The notes below the pieces were generated by a model. The model was not told the DNA's origin. It ran no database searches and saw only the letters and a list, made by a program, of their open reading frames with translations. The position numbers and the translations under genes were made by a program. Source: a bacterium (GTDB lineage: Bacteria > UBA8248). Taken from it: a stretch of 64,000 bases of DNA. Positions 22,156-35,343 of this stretch are shown here, piece by piece; positions within the stretch are counted from its first letter, which is position 1; each line of letters begins with the position of its first letter. The stretch spans positions 256,001 through 320,000 of the forward strand of contig CBDBZY010000003.1 in the NCBI GenBank assembly GCA_965213685.1. The letters run 5' to 3'.

Positions 22156-22221
22156 TTCGCTTGACATTTCTCCCCGGATCGGGGAAATTCCCCTTCCGTG
22201 CAAACCCTGAGGAATTTCCCC

Positions 22222-24054
22222 ATGAAAGTAGCCTCGCGCATACGCATACTGCCGGAATCGCTCGCGAACCAGATCGCCGCCGGCGAAGTGGTCCAGCGCC
22301 CCGCCTCCGCCCTGAAGGAATTGGTGGAGAACAGCCTCGACGCGGGCGCGGGGCGGGTGGAGGTCGACCTCGAGTCGGGGGGCGTCGCGCGCGTGCAGGT
22401 CGCCGACGACGGGCATGGCATGAGCGAGGACGACGCGCTTCTTTGCCTCGAGCGCCACGCGACGAGCAAGATAGCGACGGACGCGGATTTGGGCCGCGTC
22501 GCCACCCTCGGCTTCCGGGGCGAGGCGCTGCCGAGCATCGCCGCCGTCTCGAAGATGGTGATCACCGCCAGGAGGCCGGAAGACGCCCTGGGCACGCAGG
22601 TGCGGGTGGAGGGCGGGAGGATACAGCGCGTCACCGAGATGGGGGCGGCGGTCGGCGCCCGGGTCGAGATGCGCTCGCTGTTCTACAACGTGCCGGCGCG
22701 GCGGAAGTTCCTGAAAAGAAGGGAAACCGAGCTCGCCCGCTGTCTGGAGGTGGTGAGCCAGGCGGCCATGGCGAACCCGAACGTCGCCTTCACCCTGCGC
22801 CACGGGAAAAAGACGCTGCTGGAGCTGGGCGGCTCCGGGGAGACTCTGTCCCGCGCGGCGGAGCTCGTGGGGAAGGCGGCGGTCTCCCACTTGATAGAGA
22901 TTCCGACCGCAACGTCCGGGAACATGCGGTTCGGCGGCTGGGCGGGAGCGCCCGGCCTGAACCGCTCCACCCGCGACGCGCAGTATCTCTTCGTGAACGG
23001 GCGCCCCATCCGCGACCGCCTCCTCGTCCACGCGGCGTATGCGGCCTACCGGGGCTTCCTGCCGGTGAAGCGCCATCCGGTGTTCATCCTCTTTGTGGAT
23101 GTGCCGCACGAGGACGTGGACGTGAACGTCCACCCCGCCAAACAGGAGGTGCGCTTTCGCTTCGCGTCCGGCGTGTATGACCTGGTGCGCGAGAGCGTCT
23201 CCGCCGTCCTGGGCGCGCGTCCACGGCCGAGGCCGAGGGGCGCGTTCGCCCGCCCGGCTCCCGCACGGGCGGAGGGGGCCGCGCGCATCCTGGCTCCCCG
23301 CCCGCCTGCGTCTGTGAAGCCCCCCTCCCTGGTGGGCGGCGGCGGATACTTCGGGGCGGGGGACGACGCCGCCTCCGCGCGGACGCTGGCCGGCTCCGCC
23401 TCGTCGGGTGCCCCGGCGGGGCGCTCCCCGCTGGAGCGAACCCTCGAGCCGCCTCATCCGGCGGACCCCGTGCTTTTGTCCGAATGCCGCTATCTCGGCC
23501 AGTGGGAGGGATGCTTTCTGCTGTTCAGCGCCCCGCAGGGGCTGGTGCTCGTCGATCAGCACGCCGCGCACGAGCGGGTGCTCTACAACCGGTTTCGGGA
23601 TCAGTTCCGAGACGGGTGCGTGCAGAGCCAGGCGTGCCTCGTGCCCGAGGAGGTGCGCCTGCGGCCCGAGGAGGCGCTGAGCCTGGAGGCGCATCAGGAG
23701 GACCTCCTGCGCTCGGGGTTCGAGCTGGAGCGCGCGGGGGCCGGCGAATACCGCATTCTGGCCGTGCCGGCGCTTCTGGCGGACAAGGACCCCGCAGGGG
23801 CTGTGCGCCAGATAATAGAGGGGCTGGCGGAGCTGGATCAGCCCGTCAGCTTCGCCGACCTGATCGACGGCGTCATCGCGCGGATGAGCTGCCGGGACGC
23901 TGTGAAGGCTGCGCAGCTCCTGCGCCCCGAGGAGGTGGCCGTCCTGGTCGAGGAGCTGGAGAGAACGCCGGGCCGGTGGACCTGCCCGCATGGCCGGCCC
24001 ATCATGCTGGTGATGGGCACGGAGCCGGTGCGGAGGCGCTTCCTGCGGAGCTGA
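22222..24054 (+). CDS. mutL: DNA mismatch repair endonuclease MutL
   Basis: NQIAAGEVV, RHATSKI, GFRGEAL, DVNVHPAKQEV, DQHAAHERV, TCPHGRP. Confidence 0.97.
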   Translation: MKVASRIRILPESLANQIAAGEVVQRPASALKELVENSLDAGAGRVEVDLESGGVARVQVADDGHGMSEDDALLCLERHATSKIATDADLGRVATLGFRGEALPSIAAVSKMVITARRPEDALGTQVRVEGGRIQRVTEMGAAVGARVEMRSLFYNVPARRKFLKRRETELARCLEVVSQAAMANPNVAFTLRHGKKTLLELGGSGETLSRAAELVGKAAVSHLIEIPTATSGNMRFGGWAGAPGLNRSTRDAQYLFVNGRPIRDRLLVHAAYAAYRGFLPVKRHPVFILFVDVPHEDVDVNVHPAKQEVRFRFASGVYDLVRESVSAVLGARPRPRPRGAFARPAPARAEGAARILAPRPPASVKPPSLVGGGGYFGAGDDAASARTLAGSASSGAPAGRSPLERTLEPPHPADPVLLSECRYLGQWEGCFLLFSAPQGLVLVDQHAAHERVLYNRFRDQFRDGCVQSQACLVPEEVRLRPEEALSLEAHQEDLLRSGFELERAGAGEYRILAVPALLADKDPAGAVRQIIEGLAELDQPVSFADLIDGVIARMSCRDAVKAAQLLRPEEVAVLVEELERTPGRWTCPHGRPIMLVMGTEPVRRRFLRS

Positions 24055-24092
24055 GCCGGCTCCCCGGGCGCGCCCGCTTGGGGGAAACGCCC

Positions 24093-24122
24093 TTGACACC
24101 CGGGGCGCGCGCGGAGGACAAT
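24093..24122 (+). promoter_or_regulatory. putative sigma70 promoter for guaBA
   Basis: TTGACA-N18-GACAAT. Confidence 0.45.
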
Positions 24123-24220
24123 GGCGAGGCAAGAAGGCCGGGTTGGGGGGGGACTGGACGTAAGGTTTTTGCCGCCGCCGCGTCCTGATGGAGAAGCCCG
24201 CTGGCTTCGGCTTCTTGTGA

Positions 24221-27591
<3,371 letters not shown>

Positions 27592-27831
27592 GCGCTGAAA
27601 ATCCGCATCGGGTTGTGTTTGTTGAACGGGATGGATATTTTGAGAGGCGCAATTCTGATCGCTGCGTGAAATGTCGCGTTGCCTGCTGTTTCGCGCCGCC
27701 GATGCCGCCGAATTAAGGCTTGCTTGCTTGCGTGCGGTGTCGGAGGCGAAGGGGGCGACGGGTTCTGAGATGCCGCCGACTAAAGTTTGCTTGCGTTCTT
27801 GCGGGGGGTGAGGAAAGTGGGTCGAACGAGG

Positions 27832-28344
27832 ATGGCGTCTGTCGTTTTCGCATCGGTTTTTCTGTGGGCGTCGGCGGTCTCGCAGGCGGCCGCCAGCGGC
27901 CATTCGGACCATTCGGGGCACGGGCACGGAACGCCAAAGCCCCATGCACACGGGGTGAATCCCCATGCACACGGGATGAAGGAGCATTCCGTCAGGGTGA
28001 TTCCGCCGAACGCCCCGAACCCGCCTGAAGTGAAGATACGCCTGGAGCGGGACGCGCACGATCCGAGCGGGGTCAACCTGTTCCTGGAGGTGAAAAACTT
28101 CCGCTTCACTCCGGAGGAGGTCAACAAAACCTCGAAAATTCACGAGGGGCACGCGCACCTCTACGTCAACGGGAAGAAGAGAACCCGGCTGTACGGGCGG
28201 GCGCATTTCATCCAGGGTTTGCCCCGGGGAGCGGTGCAGATACGGGTCACGCTGAACACGAACAAACACGAAGACCTCAGCCACAAGGGCAGGCTGATTC
28301 AGGACACGGCGGAGTTCCACAACAGGACGGAAAAACGCCTTTGA
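27832..28344 (+). CDS. secreted His-rich hypothetical protein (possible metal binding)
   Basis: Signal peptide; GHSDHSGHGHG, PHAHG twice; EGHAHLYVNGKK..RLYG...VTLNTNKH. Confidence 0.7.
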   Translation: MASVVFASVFLWASAVSQAAASGHSDHSGHGHGTPKPHAHGVNPHAHGMKEHSVRVIPPNAPNPPEVKIRLERDAHDPSGVNLFLEVKNFRFTPEEVNKTSKIHEGHAHLYVNGKKRTRLYGRAHFIQGLPRGAVQIRVTLNTNKHEDLSHKGRLIQDTAEFHNRTEKRL

Positions 28345-28381
28345 ACCTGGGAGGCCTGGCGCCTCCGGGCGCGTCGCCGCG

Positions 28382-28762
28382 GTGCGGGAGGGGAGACGTG
28401 TGCTGATATGGGCGCATTTCGTTCTGGCCGTGCTGGCGATAGCGCTCGGCCTCGTCAACCTCGCATCGGCGAAGGGGACGCCGCGGCACCGCGCCATCGG
28501 CTGGTGCTGGCTGCTCGTCATGTCGTTCGTGACGGTGTCGTCCTTCTGGATACGGGAGCTGAACGAGGGCGAATTCAGCTGGATACACCTCCTCAGCGTC
28601 TGGACGATCTTCTGCATGGCGGCGGCGGTCGTGGCGATACGGCGCGGCCGGGTGCGGACGCACGCGGCGTTCATGACGGGGACGATGATCGGCGCGTTCG
28701 TCGCGGGCGCCTTCGCCATGCTGCCCGGCAGGTTCATCAGCAAGCTGCTGGGCTATGGCTAG
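28382..28762 (+). CDS. DUF2306 family membrane protein
   Basis: KGTPRHRAIG, FSWIHLLS, H..FM, AFAMLPGR. Confidence 0.8.
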   Translation: MREGRRVLIWAHFVLAVLAIALGLVNLASAKGTPRHRAIGWCWLLVMSFVTVSSFWIRELNEGEFSWIHLLSVWTIFCMAAAVVAIRRGRVRTHAAFMTGTMIGAFVAGAFAMLPGRFISKLLGYG

Positions 28763-28763
28763 G

Positions 28764-28789
28764 CAAGCCGCCCGGGTCGATGGTGGGGG
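28764..28789 (+). repeat. degenerate copy of guaA 3' end (possible att remnant)
   Basis: CAAGCCGCCCGGGTCGATGGTGGGG vs CAAGCCGCCCGGCACGATCGAGTGGG at 27561; first 12 bp identical. Confidence 0.5.
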
Positions 28790-28920
28790 CGACCTGTTGA
28801 GGCGCCGCTGGAATCGCCGCATTTTCGGAACGCCGCCCGGCGCCACCCCCGGATGACGCCCCGCCCCGGCGGGAGGGCGCACAGAGCGCAAGCCGTTTTT
28901 TCCGCCGGATGGGAGGAGAC

Positions 28921-31900
28921 ATGCCAGCCGAGTTCGTTCATCTGCACCTGCATTCCCAATACAGCCTCCTCGACGGCACCACGCGCATCCATGACCTGGT
29001 GAAGCGCGCAGCCGCGCTGGGCCAGCCGGCCGTGGCACTCACCGACCACGGGAACATGTTCGGCGCGGTGAAGTTCTACGAGGCGGCGAAAAAGGCGGGC
29101 GTCAAGCCCATCATCGGCTGCGAGGTATACGTCGCCCCCGGCAGCAGGTTCGAGAAGGGGGCGACGAACGGCGGCGGGCGCGCCTACCACATGCTGCTGC
29201 TGGCCCAGAACCAGACGGGCTACAACAACCTGTGCGAGATGGTGACGCGGGGCTTCACCGAGGGGATGTATTATTTCCCGAGGGTGGACCGCGAGCTGCT
29301 GAGCCGGCACGCCGAAGGCCTCATCTGCACGTCCGCCTGCCTGCGCGGGGAGGTGAACGACCACCTGCTCCACGGCCGCGAGGAGGCGGCGCGCGAGGCG
29401 GCCGGGTTCTACAAGGAGCTTTTCCCGGGCCGGTATTACCTGGAGCTCCAGGACCACGGCCTGGAGGAGGACAGGCGGGTCATCCCCAAAGTCATCGCCC
29501 TCGCCAGGGAGATGGGGCTGCCGCTCGTCGCCACGAACGACGTGCATTACCTGAACAAGGGGGATCACAGCGCCCAAGAGGTGCTCATCTGCATCCAGAC
29601 CGGCAAGACCCTGAACGACCCCAAGCGCATGTCGATCAAGAGCGAGGAGTTCTACCTCAAGGACGCCGCCGAGATGGAGGCGCTCTTCGGCGAGACGCCC
29701 GAGGCCCTCGCCAACACGCTCGCCATCGCCGAGGCGTGCGATTTCGACTTCCGCTTCGGTGCGGCCCACTATCCGGATTTCGAGACCCCCGACGGGGCCG
29801 GGAAGAAAGAATACCTCCGCCGCGTCGCGGAGGAGGGGCTCGCGCGCATACTCGCGCGCTCGGGTGCGGAGGGGGCGGAGGCCCGCCGCTACCGCGAGCG
29901 GCTGCGGATGGAGCTCGAGGTCATCAACAGCCAGAATTACGAGGGCTATTTCCTCATCGTGGCGGATTTCATTCGGCACGCGAAGGAGCAGGGGATTCCC
30001 GTGGGCCCGGGCCGGGGGTCGGCGGCGGGGAGCCTGGCCGCCTACGCGCTCGGGGTTACGGGCATCGACCCGCTGCGATACGGTCTCCTCTTCGAGCGCT
30101 TCCTGAATCCCGAGCGCATCAGCCCGCCGGACGTGGACATCGACTTCTGCATGGACAGGCGCGACGAGGTCATCCGCTACGTGCAGGAGAAGTACGGGCG
30201 CGAGAACGTATGCCAGATCATCACGTTCGGGAGCATGCTGGCGAAGGGCGTACTGCGCGACGTCGGGCGGGTCATGGACATGCCCTATGGCGAGGTGGAC
30301 CGCATCGCCAAGCTGGTGCCCAACGAGCTGAAGATCACCCTGGACGACGCGATGGAGAAGGAGCCGCGCCTCCGCGACACCGTGGCGCGCGACCCCAAGA
30401 TCGGCAGCCTGATGGACACGGCCCGAAAGCTGGAGGGCAACATCCGCCACGCGGGGACGCACGCGGCGGGCGTGGTCATCGCTCCCTCGAGGCTCACCGA
30501 CTTCGTGCCGCTCTACCGGGCGTCGGGCGGCGAGGTGATGACCCAGTTCGACATGAAGGACATCGAGGGGATCGGCCTTCTCAAGATGGACTTTCTGGGC
30601 CTCAAGACGCTGACGGTGCTCGACCGCGCCGAGAAGCTCGTGCGCGAGGGGGGCGGGGCGCTCGACCTGGAGACGCTCCCGCTCGACGACGCGGGGACGT
30701 ATCGCCTGCTTGCCGAGGGCAGGACGACCGGCATCTTCCAGCTGGAGAGCCGGGGCATCCGCGAGTATCTGCGGAAGCTCGCGCCCACGGGGTTTGAGGA
30801 CTTGATAGCCATGGTGGCCCTCTACCGGCCCGGCCCGCTGAACAGCGGCATGGTGGATGCGTTCATCGACCGAAAGCACGGACGCGCCGAGATCGATTAT
30901 TTTTTCGACGAGCTGCGGCCCATCCTCGAGAGCACCTATGGCGTCATGGTGTACCAGGAACAGGTCATGCAGATATCGAACGCGCTCTCCGGCTTCTCCC
31001 TGGGGCGGGCGGACGTGCTGCGCAAGGCGATGGGCAAGAAGAGCCCGGAACTCATGGCGGAGCAGCGGCGCGACTTCGTCGAGGGGGCCGTCGAGCGGGG
31101 GCGCGAGAGAAAGAAGGTCGAATTCCTGTGGGATCAGATTCAGCAGTTCGCGGGCTACGGCTTCAACAAGAGCCACAGCGCGGCCTACGCCCTGATAGCC
31201 TACCGCACGGCGTATATGAAGGCGCACCATCCGCGCGAGTTCATGTCCGCCCTCCTCACGTGCGACCGGGAGAACGCCGACAAGGTGATCAAGGACATCG
31301 CCGAGTGCCGGAGCATGGAGATATCCGTGCTGCCGCCGGACGTGAACGCCAGCCAAAAGGATTTCACGGTGGAGGCGGACGCGATCCGCTTCGGTCTGGC
31401 GGCGGTGAAGAACGTGGGAGAAGGGCTGGTGGACGCCGTTCTGGCCAGCCGGAACGCGGAGGGGCCGTTCGCGAGCCTGGAGGATTTTTGCCGGCGCGTG
31501 CCGCACGCGCACCTGAACCGCCGGGCACTCGAGAGCCTGATCAAGGCGGCGGCCTTCGACTCTCTGGGGGTGGGGCGCGCCCAGGCGACGGCGTCGCTCG
31601 ATGTCGTGCTGGAGGCGGCGGTTCGCGAGCAGAAGAGCGTCGCCGTCGGGCAGGGCTCCCTCTTCGGGGGGGAGGAGGCCGCGCGGGGCGCGCTGCACCT
31701 GCCCGAGGTGGCGGAGTGGGAGGACAGCGAGCGTCTGGCGAACGAGCGCGAGGTGCTGGGCTTTTACGTGTCGGGCCACCCGCTCGACGATCACAGGGAG
31801 GTCATCGCCCGCTTCGCCAGCATCGACACGCTGCGGCTCGCCGAAGTCGCGGGCGGGCGGAAGATCAAGATGGCGGGGCTCATCCGCTCCTCGCGGCTGC

Positions 31901-32352
31901 GCACGACGCGCTCGGGTCGCCGCATGGCGAATTTCGTGCTGGAGGATCAGGTGGGCACGGCGGAGATGACGTTGTTCCCCGACGTGTTCGAGAATTGTCA
32001 CGAAATCCTGGAGAACGAGGAGCCCGTTCTCATCGAGGGCGTCGCCGAGACCTCCGACGACGGGGTGCAGGTGGTGGTGCGCGCCATCGAGCCGCTGTCC
32101 GGCGCGGAGCGGAACCACGCGAGCAGGGTTCTGGTGGATCTGGGGCCGGAATGCTGCGCCCCCAATCGCCTCGAATCCCTCCGCGAGGTGCTGGCCAGGC
32201 ACCCGGGCAACTGCGCCGTGCATTTCACGCTGCGCCTGCCCGGCCAGGAGGTGCGCGTCGAGGCGGGCCGGGAGTATGTGGTGGCGCCGACGCCGGAGCT
32301 GGCGGCCGACATCGGAGAGCTGGCCGGCGCCGGAGCCGTTCGCTTTGAGTAG
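28921..32352 (+). CDS. dnaE: DNA polymerase III alpha subunit
   Basis: FVHLHLHSQYSLLDG, GPGRGSAAGS, FERFLNPER, PDVDIDF, GLLKMDFLG, YGFNKSHS. Confidence 0.98.
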   Translation: MPAEFVHLHLHSQYSLLDGTTRIHDLVKRAAALGQPAVALTDHGNMFGAVKFYEAAKKAGVKPIIGCEVYVAPGSRFEKGATNGGGRAYHMLLLAQNQTGYNNLCEMVTRGFTEGMYYFPRVDRELLSRHAEGLICTSACLRGEVNDHLLHGREEAAREAAGFYKELFPGRYYLELQDHGLEEDRRVIPKVIALAREMGLPLVATNDVHYLNKGDHSAQEVLICIQTGKTLNDPKRMSIKSEEFYLKDAAEMEALFGETPEALANTLAIAEACDFDFRFGAAHYPDFETPDGAGKKEYLRRVAEEGLARILARSGAEGAEARRYRERLRMELEVINSQNYEGYFLIVADFIRHAKEQGIPVGPGRGSAAGSLAAYALGVTGIDPLRYGLLFERFLNPERISPPDVDIDFCMDRRDEVIRYVQEKYGRENVCQIITFGSMLAKGVLRDVGRVMDMPYGEVDRIAKLVPNELKITLDDAMEKEPRLRDTVARDPKIGSLMDTARKLEGNIRHAGTHAAGVVIAPSRLTDFVPLYRASGGEVMTQFDMKDIEGIGLLKMDFLGLKTLTVLDRAEKLVREGGGALDLETLPLDDAGTYRLLAEGRTTGIFQLESRGIREYLRKLAPTGFEDLIAMVALYRPGPLNSGMVDAFIDRKHGRAEIDYFFDELRPILESTYGVMVYQEQVMQISNALSGFSLGRADVLRKAMGKKSPELMAEQRRDFVEGAVERGRERKKVEFLWDQIQQFAGYGFNKSHSAAYALIAYRTAYMKAHHPREFMSALLTCDRENADKVIKDIAECRSMEISVLPPDVNASQKDFTVEADAIRFGLAAVKNVGEGLVDAVLASRNAEGPFASLEDFCRRVPHAHLNRRALESLIKAAAFDSLGVGRAQATASLDVVLEAAVREQKSVAVGQGSLFGGEEAARGALHLPEVAEWEDSERLANEREVLGFYVSGHPLDDHREVIARFASIDTLRLAEVAGGRKIKMAGLIRSSRLRTTRSGRRMANFVLEDQVGTAEMTLFPDVFENCHEILENEEPVLIEGVAETSDDGVQVVVRAIEPLSGAERNHASRVLVDLGPECCAPNRLESLREVLARHPGNCAVHFTLRLPGQEVRVEAGREYVVAPTPELAADIGELAGAGAVRFE

Positions 32353-33046
32353 CGCCTCCATCCGGGCGGTCTTCCTGGGCCGGTTGGCGTTCGGCGAAGC
32401 GTGGGCGTTGCAAAAGCGCCTGTGGGTCGAGCGCGCCGAAGGCCGCCTGCGGGACGACGTGTTCCTCCTCCTGGAGCATGAGCCGGTCATGACGCTGGGC
32501 AAGGGCGGGGACGAGGCGCACGTGCTCCGGCGGCGTTCTCCCGTCGACGGCGCGGAGGTGCCCCTCGTCCGCATCAACCGGGGCGGCGAGGTCACCTTTC
32601 ACGGGCCGGGCCAGTTGATGCTCTACGCCATATGCGACCTGCGCGAGCGCGAGCGCGACGTGCACCTGCACTGCAGGAGGCTGGAGGAGGTCTTCTTGCG
32701 GTATCTGCGAAACCGGGGCCTCTCCCCCCGCCGGAGAAAGGGGCACCCGGGCCTTTGGGTGCGGGAGGGGAAAATTCTCTCCCTGGGGGTGGGGGCGAGA
32801 CGCTGGGTGACGATGCACGGCGTTTCGCTGAACGTTTCGCCCGACCTGCGGTATTTCGGGATGATGCACCCTTGCGGCGAGCCGGGCGCGCGCATAACCT
32901 CCCTCGAGAAGCTCCTGGGAGATGCGCCGCCGCTCGCGGAGGTCGCGCGGGAGGTGGCGCCGCTGTGCGCGGAGATATTCGGCGCGCGCGTCGTGGCGGA
33001 GGACGATCCCTCGCGGATCCGGGGAGTCGCGCCCGTTGCCTCGTGA
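32345..33046 (+). CDS. lipB: lipoyl(octanoyl) transferase
   Basis: LLEHEPVMTLG, RGGEVTFHGPGQL, KILSLG, TMHGVSLNV, PCG. Confidence 0.93.
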   Translation: MSSASIRAVFLGRLAFGEAWALQKRLWVERAEGRLRDDVFLLLEHEPVMTLGKGGDEAHVLRRRSPVDGAEVPLVRINRGGEVTFHGPGQLMLYAICDLRERERDVHLHCRRLEEVFLRYLRNRGLSPRRRKGHPGLWVREGKILSLGVGARRWVTMHGVSLNVSPDLRYFGMMHPCGEPGARITSLEKLLGDAPPLAEVAREVAPLCAEIFGARVVAEDDPSRIRGVAPVAS

Positions 33047-33852
33047 GCCCCGAGGCGCCGGTGGCGGGAGGCGCCGCTTCGCCGCGATCCTGGCGGGCGC
33101 CCTCCTGCCGCTCGCCGCGACGCCCGCCCTCGCCGCCTCGGCCGCGTCCTGGTGGGGCTTCACCCCCGGCGTGTGGGAGCTTCTGAAAAAGGGGGGCTAC
33201 ACGATGATCCCCCTGGGGCTCTGCTCGGTCATCGCGCTCATGGTGGCGCTCGAACGCCTCGCCTCCCTCCGGCGGAAGAAAATTCTGCCCGACGGGCTGG
33301 TCGTCCTCTCCGGGCAATGCTGGCGGCGCGGTGATTTCGAGGGGGCGGCCCGCGCCTGCGAGCGGTTCGATGCGCCGCTCGCCCGCGTGTTGCAGGCGGG
33401 GCTGGCGCGGCGGCACCTGGGCGTCGGCGAGATGGAGCGCGCCATGGTCGGCGCGGGCCAGCACGAATCGACCGTCCTCTCGCGCAACCTCCGCGCGTTG
33501 GGCGTCATCGCGAACCTGGCGCCGATGCTGGGCCTTTTCGGCACCGTCGTGGGCATGATTCGCGCCTTCGACGTCATCAGCCGCGCGGGGACGGGAAACC
33601 CGAACCTGGTGGCGGAGGGCATCTCCGAGGCGCTGCTCACCACGGCGGCGGGCCTGTTGATAGGCATTCCCTCCCTGGCTGCGTATCACTTTTTTCGTTC
33701 GCGCGGCGACCGCTTTCTGTTCGAGATGGAATCGGTTCGCCCTGTCGTTTCTGGAGACGCTGGCGGCGCGAGCCGACCCCCCGGACGGCGCCGGCGCCGT
33801 GGCGGGCCCGCCCCTCCCGGAGCGCCTGGACGAACCGCGCGAGGAGGCCTGA
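33036..33852 (+). CDS. exbB: MotA/TolQ/ExbB proton channel protein (frameshift near 33737)
   Basis: GGYTMIPL, APMLGLFGTVVGMI, GISEALLTTAAGL. Confidence 0.88.
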
Positions 33853-34259
33853 ATGCGCTTTCGCAGCGATGCGGAGGAGGACGACTACAGCCTCCAGCTC
33901 ACGCCGTTGATAGACGTCGTTTTTCTGCTCCTGATCTTTTTCATGGTCTCCACCTCGTTCGTGGATTTCACCCGGAGGATCGACATCGAGTTGCCCGAGG
34001 CGAAATCAGGCGTCGAGGTGGTGGAGAAAAAGCCGTTTCTCGTCGAGGTCGGCGCGAAAGAAGCGAATCTCCCTGAACGGGAAGACGGTGCTGCTCGAGG
34101 ATATCGAAAGCAGGCTCAAAGCGGGGATGCGGGGGGGCGAGTTCCGCCCCTCCCTGACGATCAAGGCGGACAGGCGCCTCGATTACGGCTATGTGATTCG
34201 GGTGATGGACCGCATCTCCCGGGCGGGCGTCCGGGGACATCTCGCTGGCCACGAAATAG
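33853..34259 (+). CDS. exbD: ExbD/TolR biopolymer transporter (frameshifted)
   Basis: LTPLIDVVFLLLIFFMV; IKADRRLDYGYVIRVMD in second frame. Confidence 0.88.
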
Positions 34260-34330
34260 CCGCCGGACCCCGGACGGGGGGAGGGCGGGGCCCCCTCCCC
34301 GCCGGATGTTTTTTGCGGTGGAGAAAGAAC

Positions 34331-34998
34331 GTGGCGCACAGGCGAGCCGACCGCACGGTTTCCATGCCCCGCAGCTCCGGGATCGCCACGCGCGTCCTTC
34401 TGCTCCGGCATGGCGCGGCCGAGGGTTCCCGGGAGGGGATATTCTATGGCGCCACGGACGTGCCCCTGCTGGCGGAGGGCGAGGCGCAGGTGCGGGAGGC
34501 GGCGGCGCGCGTCCGGGCCTGGCTGATGGAGCGGGAGACGGTGCTGTTCGCCAGCCCGCTCGCGCGCTCGGTGAGAACGGCGGAGATTTTGTCCGGGGAG
34601 ATGGGCCTGGGGCGCAGCCCCGAAATCGTTCCCGGCATCGCCGAGCTGCGCCTGGGGGATTGGGAGGGGGAGACCCATTCTTCCCTGATGGAGAAGGGAC
34701 CCCGGGCGCCTGGCCGCGCATTACGAGAATTTCCTCCACTCCCGACCGCCGGGCGACGGGGAGTCCCTGGCGGAGCTCGCCGCGCGGGTTTTGCCCGCGT
34801 TTCGTGGGGTGTGCGCCCGGCAGAGGGGTCGCAACGTCATCGTCAGCGCCCATGCGGCGGTGAACCGGGTGATTCTGTGTGTGACGCCCTCGGCGCGCCC
34901 GCTCGAGAGCTCTTTTCCGGCTGGAGCAGGACTTCGCGGCGCTGAACGTGATCGATCTGCATGAGGGCGCCCCCCTCGTCCGCGCGATGAACGCCTGA
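34331..34998 (+). CDS. histidine phosphatase family protein (CobC/GpmB-like, frameshifted)
   Basis: LLRHG, SPLARS, ELRLGDWEG; GES and SAHAAVNR in other frames. Confidence 0.75.
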
Positions 34999-35343
34999 GG
35001 AGAGGGGTCTCGGCCCCGCCCCGCCCGCGGGCACCCGGAGCCCCGGGCGAAACGCCGATGCGCGGGCGGCTGAAGGAGCCCGGGGGTCTTTCTCCTGCCC
35101 CCTCGTTGTGGTATGGCGATATATGGATTCCCGTAGATATAGTGATCCCCGCATGCGTCGCAGGCGGCAGGGTGGCGAATTTTCCCCCGGCGCGCCGCCG
35201 GAGGGAGAATGCCCCGGGGGGAGGCGGGATGGGGAGGCTGTTTGGCGGTATCCCGGCGGCGATGGCATAGGGATGGCGAACCCCCGTTTTATAGGGTCGC
35301 TCCCTCATGCGCCGCTCTTTCATACAAGAGGGTCACGAATCGG

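Noticed and set aside
28759-32595. Very long antisense ORFs (1278 aa opposite dnaE, 909 aa opposite recD2, 962 aa opposite guaA)
   Set aside because: Shadow ORFs expected from high-GC codon bias; no recognisable motifs
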